From contig CBDBHB010000008.1 of assembly GCA_965205505.1 (NCBI GenBank), positions 192,001 through 256,000 on the forward strand: DNA of 64,000 bases, given 5' to 3'. Below the pieces are notes generated by a model that did not search any database, was not told where the DNA came from, and saw only the letters and a program-made list of their open reading frames with translations. The stretch's first letter is position 1. Each line of letters begins with the position of its first letter. Of this stretch, positions 63,520 through 64,000 are shown piece after piece. A program made the position numbers and the translations under genes. Source of the stretch: Acidobacteriota bacterium. GTDB lineage: Bacteria; Acidobacteriota; UBA890; WLXD01.

Positions 63520-64000
63520 CGTCGTCCGCCCTCGATGGCGCCGAGCGCTCTCTCGACGCTGTGCAACCGACTCTCCACGAGCCGCCTGATCTCTTCCAGG
63601 CGCTCCCGGCTCTGCGCTTCGAATCGGAGAATGATCTGCGGCCCGGTATTGCTTGCCCGCGCCAGACCCCAGCCGTCATCGAACTCGACTCGTACCCCGT
63701 CGATCGCTACTACGTCGTAATCGGCTGCGAGCTCGTCGCGCAGTTGGTCGCATACCGCAAACTTGTGCTTTTCGGTGGACGGATGACGAATCTCCGGCGT
63801 TGAGAAGACCTCGGGCAGGTCATCGAGTTGCGCGGAGAACGAATCGTCCTGCCGCGAGTAGATCTCCATCAGCTTGGCGCCGGCATACACCGCGTCGTCG
63901 TGTCCGAAGAAGTTCTCGCCGAAGAACAAGTGGCCGCTCATCTCACCTGCCAGTAGGGCCCCTTCCTCGCGGATCTTCTGCTTGATGAACGAGTGGCCGG
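63516..64000 (-). CDS. Phosphomannomutase/phosphoglucomutase, C-terminal part (5' truncated by window edge)
   Basis: GHS...AGEMSGHLFF, STPEIR, IDGVRV...GWGL.RASNT. Confidence 0.9.
   Translation of the reverse strand, partial: GHSFIKQKIREEGALLAGEMSGHLFFGENFFGHDDAVYAGAKLMEIYSRQDDSFSAQLDDLPEVFSTPEIRHPSTEKHKFAVCDQLRDELAADYDVVAIDGVRVEFDDGWGLARASNTGPQIILRFEAQSRERLEEIRRLVESRLHSVERALGAIEGGRR

Overview
A GC-rich (roughly 65-67% by eye), gene-dense chromosomal segment from a diderm bacterium. Gene order (pepP-accB-accC-thiE, tgt-yajC-secD-secF-rel, kdsB-pyrG-kdsA-kdsD-kdsC, pilMNOPQ plus lipoproteins) suggests Acidobacteriota, which is an inference. Most of the window is housekeeping: polysaccharide/LPS/Kdo genes, shikimate genes, glycine cleavage, proS/metG/glyQS, ACC, type IV pilus/competence, Sec, and cofactor genes. 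It also has a small bacterial-microcompartment satellite locus (aldolase with an encapsulation peptide, one BMC-H, three BMC-P). The most unusual content is non-coding. Two families of about 279-bp CTAG-flanked miniature inverted-repeat elements (MITEs) have unrelated ends but share a covarying ~55-nt hairpin module. They and their 26-39-bp collapsed remnants mostly sit on TAG stop codons. At 44954-46907 one MITE carries a second nested MITE, and an IS110/IS1111-type element has inserted exactly into the CT of its terminal CTAG. The IS's downstream non-coding region contains a stem-closed internal loop whose two arms match the MITE end and flank, consistent with a bridge/seek RNA programmed against the MITE terminus. 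Several single-base homopolymer frameshifts (pilQ, pilN, a flippase-like gene) may be sequencing errors. No rRNA, tRNA or CRISPR array was recognised. All calls are by eye; no searches were run.
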